A stretch of 64,000 bases of DNA, taken from assembly GCA_050084985.1 (NCBI GenBank), contig JBITNC010000002.1, positions 12,276,001-12,340,000 on the forward strand. Reading direction: 5' to 3'. A program made the position numbers and the translations under genes. Numbering within the stretch: the stretch's first letter is position 1; each line of letters opens with the position of its first letter. The notes beneath the pieces were generated by a model. That model ran no database searches. It had not been told where the DNA came from and was given only the letters and a program-made list of their open reading frames with translations. Origin of the DNA: Nageia nagi. Lineage: Eukaryota; Plantae; Pinophyta. Shown one piece after another: positions 53,958-64,000 of the stretch.

Positions 53958-55750
53958 TTTTTTGTAATGCTTATTCTATGTTGTATTTTTCCAACCAATC
54001 TCCTTATTCCAAGATGGAAGAAATTATATTATAACCATTTCAACCTCCAAACCCTTATTGGTAAGATACTTTTCCAACTTAGTACCTAAATTGGAATATA
54101 TAAGGTATTTTGGTGTTCTTGCATAAGTTCATGCCAAATGTCATTTGCTATATATATTATTATTTATCTTCAAGGAAAAATTGATTTTATAAAGAATACA
54201 TTTAATGATAATCTTAGAGTTAACTTCAATATAAACACTCTTCTATGACTTTACTTACATAGTTTGAAATCTTGCAATACTATCCATGTTTTGATGCATT
54301 ATTTATCTTAATACTTAAGTAAGGGGGGAAGTATACTGAAATATCAATTTTAGCATTTCTTATCATAACCGTCTATCTACTAGCTCAAGCTTACCTTTCA
54401 TTGTACCATCAATGTTTAAATTAATTTTTGAATAAGGGAGAACCTACCATTTAACATCTTCCTTACCTATTTTACATTCCTTGATTTAAAGGGATTTTCT
54501 TGTTTGACTTATTTTTAAGCTTGGAAAAAATATACAATGGTTACATTTATCAATATTCCATATAAAATTGATGTGATATAGGTCCATCCACTTAATCTAT
54601 TTTTTTTTTTACAAAAATCAAAATTCTCTAAAGTGGTCAATAGGAAATACCATATTACCCTATTAAATACTTGTTCATTTCCAATTTAAGAATCATATCA
54701 CTATCTCCTTTTTCTATAGATAAATTAATTACTTCATGGGTAGTTACCATTCTACCTAAATTTCACGTATCCTCCTTTTACAACCTTATTTTTCTAATTC
54801 ATGTATTAATAATACCATGCTTTACATTTTTTATGGTAATTCCAAAAATGATAATTACTAATGAAACAATGCTTTACACCTTATGTATTAAATTTACCAT
54901 GACCAATGGCTTCATTTATTTGGGTACCCATAGTGCAACGTCTCATAAATCATTATAGTAGAAGTTCTTTACAAATTTATGATAATAAATTATCTTGTAT
55001 GTTAGTTACTATTAATATTTTAAATTTTTTATATCAATAAACTACTTTAAGTACTAAAGTACATACAAACCTTTAAAATTATTATAATATTTAGTTTCTT
55101 ACATAATAATGTACTAATAATATTTTACAATAATGAAATGATTTATATTTCTTAAGATTGCCTTACATATCAATGTATTGAATATACTTTACAATAATGA
55201 AATTATATAAATCTCTTAAGTTTTCCTTACATAATAATGTGTTAATACTATTTTGTAGTAGTAAAATACTTACATGTGAAATACCAATTATGCTTTACAT
55301 TGCTACATTAATCAAGGTAATTAGTATAATTCCATATTCCTTTGGCATACTTCTTCTTTCCAATTATTCCTTGGCTATTAATTTGTGGATAAGGTATCCA
55401 AAGAGAAAGAGATAAGCAAACTTAAAATGGGTTAGTGTAATTCACCACATTTCATGTTTTCATTAATTTTTTTATGTCCTTTAGGGAAATCATTATGTCT
55501 AATAAAGTCATTATTATATGGACTAATGAATATTAATAAATTAAACCTTCCATAAAATATTTCATGTTCCTCTTAATAGCTATTGAATAGATTTTGTAAC
55601 CATATTATTGAATATTTATTATTAATTATATTACCCTTATTATAATGATCCATACAATAATCATATCTAATTATGACCAAAACTCGTATGCAAGCTCAAA
55701 TGCATATAATCATACATATTATAACATATTTAATAATAATTTCATTTATA
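53958..55750 (-). mobile_element. 5'-truncated L1 LINE fragment (RNase H region)
   Basis: Minus frame KINLNIDGTMKGK and VYIEVNSKIII at ~54200-54450; T-tract at 53958 where unit homology breaks; right boundary uncertain. Confidence 0.6.
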
Positions 55751-56096
55751 TATATGCTTAAATCCTTTCTCAAATAATCTATATGTTTGTACATACATGT
55801 ATTATATGTTCATAATAAATGATAACTAATGTAAGAAAATTATCATTACCCAAGAAAATTCCAAATCCAATGGTGCTCTTGTGTAAGTATAAAATCTTCT
55901 AATTCCTACATCTAATTTTTGATGAACTTAATAATAATCACATTTCTTATTATTATAGAAACCATCTTTATTTTATATTAATATGTGGATGGTAAATATT
56001 TTTATAGGTAGTATGCAAAAGATTAGACATAAGTTTCTAGCCATATGCATTTTTTTGTAAAATTTAGAATGCATGCATGTAGAGTCAACATATATC

Positions 56097-56950
56097 TAAT
56101 TCACTTTTCTTTCTTAGAATGAACTTAAGTGGAATAGAAGACATACCCAATTCATTTTCTTACTTAGAATATGGAATTTAGTTTCTTATTCAAAACTTAA
56201 ATGGATTACAAGACATTGGTAATTCACTTTTCTTACTTAGAATAAAATCAAATGGATTATAAGAAATACCCAATTTATTTTTCAAGTTAAAATGAACTCA
56301 AATGGAATTTAGAATGTACCCATTTGATTTATTTTTACAAAGAATGAATAGAAATGGATTATGAGAAATGCACAATTTAATTTTTATTACTCACAATGAA
56401 TACAAATTCAATTAAAGATATATTGAAATCATTTTCTTAGTGACAATGATCTCAAATGGAAATTCAAATATAACCACTTAACTTTCTTACGAGGAATGAA
56501 CTAAAATGGATTACAAGATATTTCTAATTCTTTTTTCTTACTTAGAATGAATTTTGCTAGTTATAAATAATCATAAAATGCATTTAAACATAGCTAATTC
56601 ATTTTTTTAGAAAAATATATTCATAAAATTAATTCAAAATATACATAATTCATTTTTTCTACTTAGAATTATCATATATGTGATTGAAGAGATACAAAAT
56701 TTAATTTTCCTACTATCAATTATCACATAGTAGATTCAAAATATACATAATTCATTTCATTTGATCAAAATGAACACATGAACTCAAAACATTCTCAATC
56801 CATTTTTTTACTCGCAAATATTTACATAATAAATTCAAAATATACTCAATTAATTTTCTTAATTCAAAAGATATCAAATGGAATAAAAAAATACATAATT
56901 GATTTCTTAAATCAAAATAACCACAAAATGAATCCAAGACATAATTGCAC
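56097..56950. repeat. Degenerate ~51-bp tandem array (~15-17 units)
   Basis: Consensus approximately aattcattttcttacttagaatgaactcaaatggattacaagacatacc. Confidence 0.8.
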
Positions 56951-57124
56951 AAGCAAAAATGAATTAAAAACAAAAGAAATTGAACAAAAAAGAAAAAAGA
57001 CCTTAAAGAAGTTAAACATGAAAAAAATGGAAAGTTTTCAACATAATTTAAAGAATATTAAGGGTATAGAATTAAAAACAAAAGAAGTTGAACAAGTCAA
57101 TGTTGAAGATGAAGAAAAAAACTG

Positions 57125-57400
57125 TTTCTTTCAGATAAGACTAATTGCCCTCTACAACCTAATGTGATAGTTGTGCATCGTTTGGTCGGTCATTTTTTTT
57201 TTCTTAATCTTATTCTTTGGAAACACATTGGTAAAGCAAATGTTCAACAATATGAAAAAAAGTTTCATAAAATATTAGTGAAATATTTTTCCAAAATAAA
57301 TATTTTGAAGATTTAAATCTAAATTACTGATTTCAGATTCCAACATTGTAACCACTACACCACCATTCCGTTCATCATTGTTGGTTCCAATTTTTACACT
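57125..57400 (-). mobile_element. Partial inverted copy of the tRNA-like-containing MITE family seen at 2720-3230
   Basis: agactaattgccctctacaa resembles the TIR; the reverse complement contains ggaatggtggtgtagtggtta...tagatttaaatcttcaaaa, matching 2909-2975. Confidence 0.6.
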
Positions 57401-57624
57401 TATTTTACCTTATTTTTTTATATTGAAATTCTTGTTTTAACTTTGGAATTATAATTTTATTGCAACTCCTTCAAAGCTAAATCAATTGTTCCCTCCAAAT
57501 CCTTTTGTCTTCTGCTTTGAAATCGGTGAGGCCAGAGAAGCTCATCGGGAGCTTTCTCCTCATCCGGAGCTCTGTAAAATTTCTCCTCTATTGAAACACT
57601 TATATGAGTTTTATCATTAAAATT

Positions 57625-57915
57625 CAAAGACGTCATTCAATACGTCATGATTCATGCCAATGGCATCGTTGCGAAATATCACTGTTTAGTCGGTATTAGA
57701 TTTATATTGTCAATGCACGGATTTTTACTCGTAAGTTTCAGCTTTATAAGTATGTTTGACTCAGACTCCTCATACTTCTAACGCTTATCGTAATCATCGA
57801 GGATTTTCTTTCCTTGAATGACGCATTCAAGATCTGATTGTTCGCATTTGCAAGCCAATTCTACGATACCATTACATTATTATATATACGAGAAGTTTCG
57901 CTTGAAATATGCATC
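57625..57915 (+). promoter_or_regulatory. MIR529 promoter (unit C)
   Basis: Two ACGTCA motifs at ~57630 and ~57642; GTCGGT 57689-57694; TGACTCA 57757-57763; TATATATA 57881-57888. Confidence 0.65.
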
Positions 57916-57990
57916 ACAATATCACTGGTGCAATCACGGCCTGCAGGCATTGGGTGGGATTTGTTTAATGAGAGGCGCAGTAAAGCACTT

Positions 57991-58109
57991 GCTAGAATCT
58001 GAACCAGAAGAGAGAGAGCACCGCCACTCAACTTCCATTAACGATGGAGTGTTGTTGTATCGCATGGGAGCATAGGAGGTGCTCTCTCTCTTCTTGTTTA
58101 GCCTCTGGC
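57991..58109 (+). ncRNA. MIR529: miR529-family precursor; mature candidate 58006-58026, star 58076-58096
   Basis: Same stem-loop as 30748-30866; basal GCUAGA/UCUGGC helix closes it; only 2 substitutions vs copy B over 57994-58109. Confidence 0.9.
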
Positions 58110-59489
58110 ATTGGGAAGATCGACCATCAATAGCATTACATGATATCAATTTCTATTTTTTCCGTATTTGTCAGTTATTCCTATAGATTTCTCATGTTTG
58201 TGATAAAATAAGGAATTTCAATGTAGAAGATAATAACACTATTTCCTCTTCTCAATGTTATTGTAGCGCTGTCAATTCTGCTAGAAGCCATTTAGGTTAA
58301 AGGGTTATTTTTATTCCGACCCAACAGAGTGGCTGCCATTATACGTGTATATGCTCTTTGAAGAGCAAGATTTGCAACACAGAGTTTCAGTATGACAAGG
58401 AAGGATAAACGAGTCCAAATCAAGAATCATGGATGGTAGTGCCTTTGCCGATATGATCCTAATATAGTAATAATAAGCTGTTAAATTTGGTCAAAGGCAT
58501 AGTAATAATAAGCTGTTAAATTTGGTCAAAGGCCATCTGGGGAGCAAAGTAGCATCGTTTTGGTGGCAAAACGCATCAGTCTTCTGTTTCAAAAAAAAGT
58601 CTAAGTGTCAATGTTCATTAAGATTACAACTTAGATTATTGGATTCAAAGTTGATTCTTTTAATCATTATATCATAGATTCTTTCAACAATGCATTCTAT
58701 TGTTAACAAAATTATTCTGTCAACGTTATTTACATGATTGTCCTTCCTAGTCTCATTGACCCCTTTTGATTATTTCAAGACATTAATATATTTTGTTTCT
58801 TTCTTTACCTATTCATTGATATTATTTTAGCTTTATATTAACATAATTATATTTTAATAACATAATAATTTAAAAACATTAAATTTTGTTAAAAGTTAAA
58901 TTTAGATGTTTTTATATTGTTTTTATATTACATCTAATTGATTACAATAAAAAATATGAATATACCATTTAAAATATAATTAGCTTAGATATTTTAAAAA
59001 TATATCTAGAAACATGATGAAATATCAATCTGGAGGTGTTATATCTCTTTTCCTAGTATTACAATATCTAAAATAGATATCTCAAAATAAAAATCTCTTG
59101 ACATTTTTAAATATATCTTTAAACTATCTGAAATAATTATAAATTCTTTTTACCATTATACAATATACTTACTTATATCTTTAAGTTACAACATACTTAT
59201 TTATTTATTTAAAATATCATTTATGCATGCAATTTTTTATTTAAGTTATATTTTTATATGAAATATTTCAAATATGTTACATATAATCGACTTTGTATTA
59301 TATGTTTTTTATTTTAAAAAATTATATTATCAACATGTTGTTAAGCATAGGACAGACAATTTATTTTTATTATTTCTTAATGTTTGCGTGCATTCATAGT
59401 TGTGTAAGTATCATAAATTCTTGTGAAGATATTTTTCTAGAAAAAAGTACTTATAATTTTATAATGTAAAAGAATTTGTCGCTAATCGT

Positions 59490-60600
59490 GAAAGTATATA
59501 AGGATAAATCTTTATTCTCCGCACAATCTGTTTGAATAATCACACAGTTTTTCAAAAGGGTGTTGCAGATTCAAACTCGAATTCCTGGATTTGGAATTTA
59601 ATGCCATAACTGCGAGGTCATGGGACATTGGGATTCATAAGTTCTCTTCTTTCGGGTTCTCCGTGTGGTTAAACGAATCCTCCAAGGCATTTGATGAGCC
59701 TATCAGACATCACGAAATGAAGACGGAGGAATACGTCACGATTGGGTACGAGAGGTAACCTACTTCAGGATGAAAACGTTGGCTTTAGACGATTCTTACG
59801 ACCTGCTGATGCTATTCTTAGGGGAAGAATGCTGGGTCCGGAGGCCAAGACGGAGAACCGGATGAAAGGTTAGGCTCGAGGAACCCACCAGCGCTAAGGC
59901 TAACAGACGGTAAGAACTTGCCAATTTTGTAACCAACCTTTAACCTGACTGAAGGATCGCAGATGCAAAAATACACAAAGAAGAAAGGATCTTAGACTTA
60001 AAAAGACACTGGTTGTAAGAAGGGGTGGAATAAAATTCGTATTTTTAATAGTTTGCCATACGATTAGTTTTGCTCTAACTGTTTAGAAGAAACCTCCTAA
60101 TAAATGTAAGAGTAAAAGTGGTGTATTTTTAATAGTTTGCCATACGATTAGTTTTTCTCTAACTGTTTAGAAGAATCCTCCTAATATATGTAAGCGTAAA
60201 AGAGATTTGCAAATGCTAATGAGTAGTTCTTACGATTTATTATTTTAAAGAAATTAAAATGCTTTGGTTGCTTTCCCATCTGGCAGGATTATCTTATCAC
60301 CTTGCTTTATCGAAACTGTTTTGGAACCATGTCTCCTTTATGGAATTAGTTTTCAGTTGTAGTTGTAGTTGATCAAATGGTCAAACAACTCACCTTAACG
60401 GACATTTGCTCCAACGCCTCACTGAGATTCACAGAAGACATCCTTTGGTCCTCTATGCAGTTTTTTTTTTAATTACATTAATCTCTATTGTTTGCAACCT
60501 ATTTTGCATGGCATACATGGGGTTTTTGTATGTATCGAAACAAAGCATTCATGTTTATCAGATTAGTCGTCCAAGGTGTCTACGTACCAATCAACTACAC
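59490..60600 (-). ncRNA. Candidate spliced minus-strand lncRNA/pri-miRNA with a structured second exon
   Basis: CpG-rich island; consensus donor AAG|GTGAGT at 60394/60393; branch-like CTAA, pyrimidine tract and CAG at 59951-59945; nested complementary segments 59651-59868; AATAAA at 59516-59511. Confidence 0.4.
60039..60202. repeat. 84-bp-period tandem duplication
   Basis: gtatttttaatagtttgccatacgattag at 60039 and 60123. Confidence 0.9.
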
Positions 60601-63189
60601 GATTTGGTACTGCAAGATTTTGCACTTATAAATCATTTGCTAAAAAAATATTTGTTCCATGTCTGTAGTAAACATCGTTACTTAATTACTAATAGTCCCC
60701 ATATGATCCCTGTCCATTCGGGAAGTAATGATTTTTTTTTTTGGGACGTGTAAGTGGCGAGGTAGTTGACTAGCATGTAGGTCTCATATCTTCGATGTGC
60801 AATGGTGGCGAAGAATTCAATACTACTGTTACAAAAACCTTTTCATCCCAACTTTGGTTTATCAGTGAATATATGAACTTCAATCCCAAAACATAGAAAT
60901 CTCGAAATGTTTGAATCATTGACAAATATTAAATACAAATTCTAGGATCATCGTTACAACTCTTTAAGTTAATAATCTTAGGCATGATACAACAAGGGAG
61001 AAGTCAAAGAGGGTAGCAAAGAGAATATAATTATTCATCATTAATAAGAAAAAGGGATACATGGAAGCAAGTTAAAAGAGTTGGAAAAATAAGGGTAAGT
61101 GAAAACTCTCTCATTGAGTGAGAGAGACCAGTAGCCAATCCCACCTCTAGTGAGTGGAAGTATTTAAAATCCTATCGAATGATGGTAGGTGCGTATGAGG
61201 CGAGGATTGTTCCCCTGGTGGATTTTGACGACATGGATGCCCATCATTCATTGCCTTGAAGCCTAAGATAAACAAAATTACTCCCTCACTCATGGTTTAT
61301 CCAACAAAAAAGAGGGGATACATCATTAGTAAGGAAAAAGGGATACGTTATTAATAAGAAAAAAAGGACACTAAAAAAGGTTAACATATTTTTAAAGAAA
61401 GTGTATATGAAGAGCTTTAATGATAAAAGCATACACTCCTGACATGATTTTAATGAAAGCCAATTTTAAAAGGTTGTAAAGCAAACAAGTTTACAATAAG
61501 AATTTAAATAAAAAATTATAATTAAATTTACAAATATAATGAAATATACTTTATATTTATCACTCATGAGATTTTTTTTAAAATTTTACCTTATAGAATA
61601 GGTTAAACTAAGCCATATTAATGGTAAATAGTAAGCTCACTTGTAAGTGTAATACATATTAACAACCTTTTTTTGTTGGAGTTTGTCCCTTAATACCATT
61701 AACTCAATAGGATTTGAGGTATGTTTAAATTTTTAGGGGCCTTTTGTATTCGAGAGCTTTGAACTACCCACCTCTCAACTCCCTTATCCTTTAATTCATA
61801 CATTAACATTTTGATTAAACTAAATGACAAAAATAACACCCATGATATAGAATATAGTGTTTTGACTTTTGATCTTATTATGTGATCATCTCTTGTATGA
61901 ATGTTTGGAAATAAGAATTTTTTTGTTATCAAATAAAAATGAATCCATTTAGTTAACTTTGAGCATTGATGATAATTAGAGTTAAAACATTTACATGTAA
62001 TGTTTTTTATATTTTTGTAATGTTTTTCAATTTTTTTTGCATTAAATATTTTTTTGTAATGATTTTTAATGAACCCTACATTCTATAATCATGAGTTTTT
62101 TTAATAGTAAGTAAAATTTTCATTTATTTATTTTTATAGTTCTTTTGTGTAAATCTTGATTCATTATTAATAATTTATGTTTCATTTCTAGCATTTAACT
62201 CAAAACATTATTTTCTAATATGATACCTTTGAATGCCAATTAGAAGAAATGAAAGACTCAAAACTACTTCCACAACTATTAAAATATAAAAATAAACCAT
62301 AAAACTATTTTGTTTATCACCTACACTAGAAATAGCCCCCTTGGCCACTTACTAGTTTAAAATACCAAAATTGATACTTGATCAAACAATATACCACAGC
62401 TTGCTTCAAATAGTAAAATAATTCAATAATACTCTACTTTTTGTGATACATATAGCAACCTACCTAATTTTTTGACGACCTATTCTTTGTGCATTGTAAA
62501 ATGTTTCATAGCATGTTGTTTTTAAGTTTTGATATCAAATTCTATTTTTAAAACTTACTTTCAACCTTCCATTAATCCTTACATCTCTTCCACTTATCTA
62601 TTTCAATTGTACATCCCACATTACACCATTTACTTTACCGTGGTTAGTTGTATAAGTTTACTATTAAACTCCATTCATGATTACATTGCTTATATTAAAT
62701 TCTAATTGAACTATTTTGAGTATAATATTTGTGAAAGGGTTACATTTAGGAATTTATACATGCTGAAATAGAAGCTATATTACTAGCTTATGCCATGTTA
62801 CTTTCTTTATGAAGAATGTTATTGACCATATAAGTAATATTGGAGGGACTTAATATCCTCTTATTTGGTACAATGAACATATTTCCAATTCTAAATTTAA
62901 CAAGCATGGTATAAAAGTGGAATATTATTAACTCCATATTCCTTTACAAATCAAATTTTTAAATTCATTTTTAAATACCCATTTTCCTTCTTAACGTATC
63001 AATAAATTAAATTGTTTGATTTAAAACTCTTGTTGTTAAATAAATTTGCATTTGAAGTTTTTAGCCCTTAATATTAGAGTTCATGGTACTAATTCATAGC
63101 ATACATGTATTTTAAGCTTCACTGTGTTTATTTTTATCGTGATAGATTTGTAATTATCTAAACATATATAGAAGAATTTCTTTTTAAAG

Positions 63190-64000
63190 TGTTAGAGCCA
63201 ATACATTAAAGATTTATTTTTATTTTGGATAATGTAGTTGAATGATTTGGAGTATAACACCAACCAACTTAGCTTTGAACTTGTCAACCGTGCCCAACTT
63301 AGGTGTTAGTTTTTTGGGCCTAGAAATTATTAAGTTTATTTTTTATATTTTCTATCAATAACCACCTCTAACAAACCAATTATTTTTTGTAACCTTCTTG
63401 CTATAAGTAAGAGAGGGGATTCTATTATTTGTATGCTTCATATTTATTATGTAAGGTGCAAGATTGAGTTTGAAAGAGGATTAGGGAGAAGAAGAGCAAG
63501 GAGAGAGATTAGTGTGTGAGAGGTTCCATTGATTGCATTTTAGAGAGGATTGATTGTAACATTGTTGCAAGGAAAATTCATTTGACGAATAATACAAGGA
63601 AGACTTTTTTGTGAAGTAACTATCTATATTCTAGATGAACCAGTACACATGCTATGTTTGTCTTTGATTTATTATTTTGTGCATTATTTCTTTGATATTA
63701 TCTATTCTCCTATTATTTTGAATCTCTGATATATATTTCTCCAGAAAGATTAATTTTTATTTAATTGGTAAATCCCAACAATTGGTATCAAAGCTAACTA
63801 TTGGGTGTAATAAAAAAATAAGAGAGCTTTCAGTTTAAGTGGGAGTAATAAAAGATATATCAAAATTAGGAGTGTAGAAATTAGATGGAAAGAATTAGTA
63901 GTTTTGGTGAATGCAAATTGAATACTTGTTATTGATGAAAGATTTATATCTACTTCTAAAAGGAGAAATGAAGAAACCTTCTTCTGTGAAAAATAAGGAG
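63190..64000 (+). mobile_element. Start of a Ty1/Copia element (5' LTR, PBS, gag start), running off the window
   Basis: LTR end tcccaaca at 63780; PBS tggtatcaaagc at 63783-63794; gag KLDGKN**FW*MQIEYLLLMKDLYLLLKGEMKKP. LTR start uncertain (63190 or 63304). Confidence 0.8.

Noticed and set aside
59690-59720. Hammerhead-like core ttgatgag...cgaaa
   Set aside because: Lacks the conserved C and stem II cannot form
59760-59785. miR390 site / TAS3 locus
   Set aside because: Too many mismatches and no tasiR-ARF sequence nearby

Overview
AT-rich, TE-dominated plant nuclear DNA. It is most likely a gymnosperm, judging from the PLS-PPR and retroelement gag styles and the miR529 family; this is an inference. 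No intact protein-coding gene is visible. The window is organised around three tandem paralogous units. Units B (~28.7-32.7 kb) and C (~51.5-59.5 kb) each carry a near-identical MIR529-family stem-loop (30748-30866 and 57991-58109, + strand) behind a conserved TATA/DRE/TGACTCA promoter. Each is preceded by a conserved, unexplained, CpG-retaining block (block X). Unit A (<1-3.7 kb plus 16.8-17.6 kb) has lost the TATA box and hairpin through a ~580-bp deletion. Nested and interspersed TEs include a full-length Copia with LTRs and TSD inside an RT-less single-ORF poly(A) element, a full-length L1 with a 21-bp TSD, a tRNA-derived SINE with TSD, Ty3/Gypsy and Tat remnants, a non-autonomous LTR element, several TIR/MITE families, and a CACTA-like element carrying a PLS-PPR fragment. 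A second CpG-retaining island at 59.5-60.7 kb looks like a spliced minus-strand, structured non-coding transcript convergent with the second MIR529.
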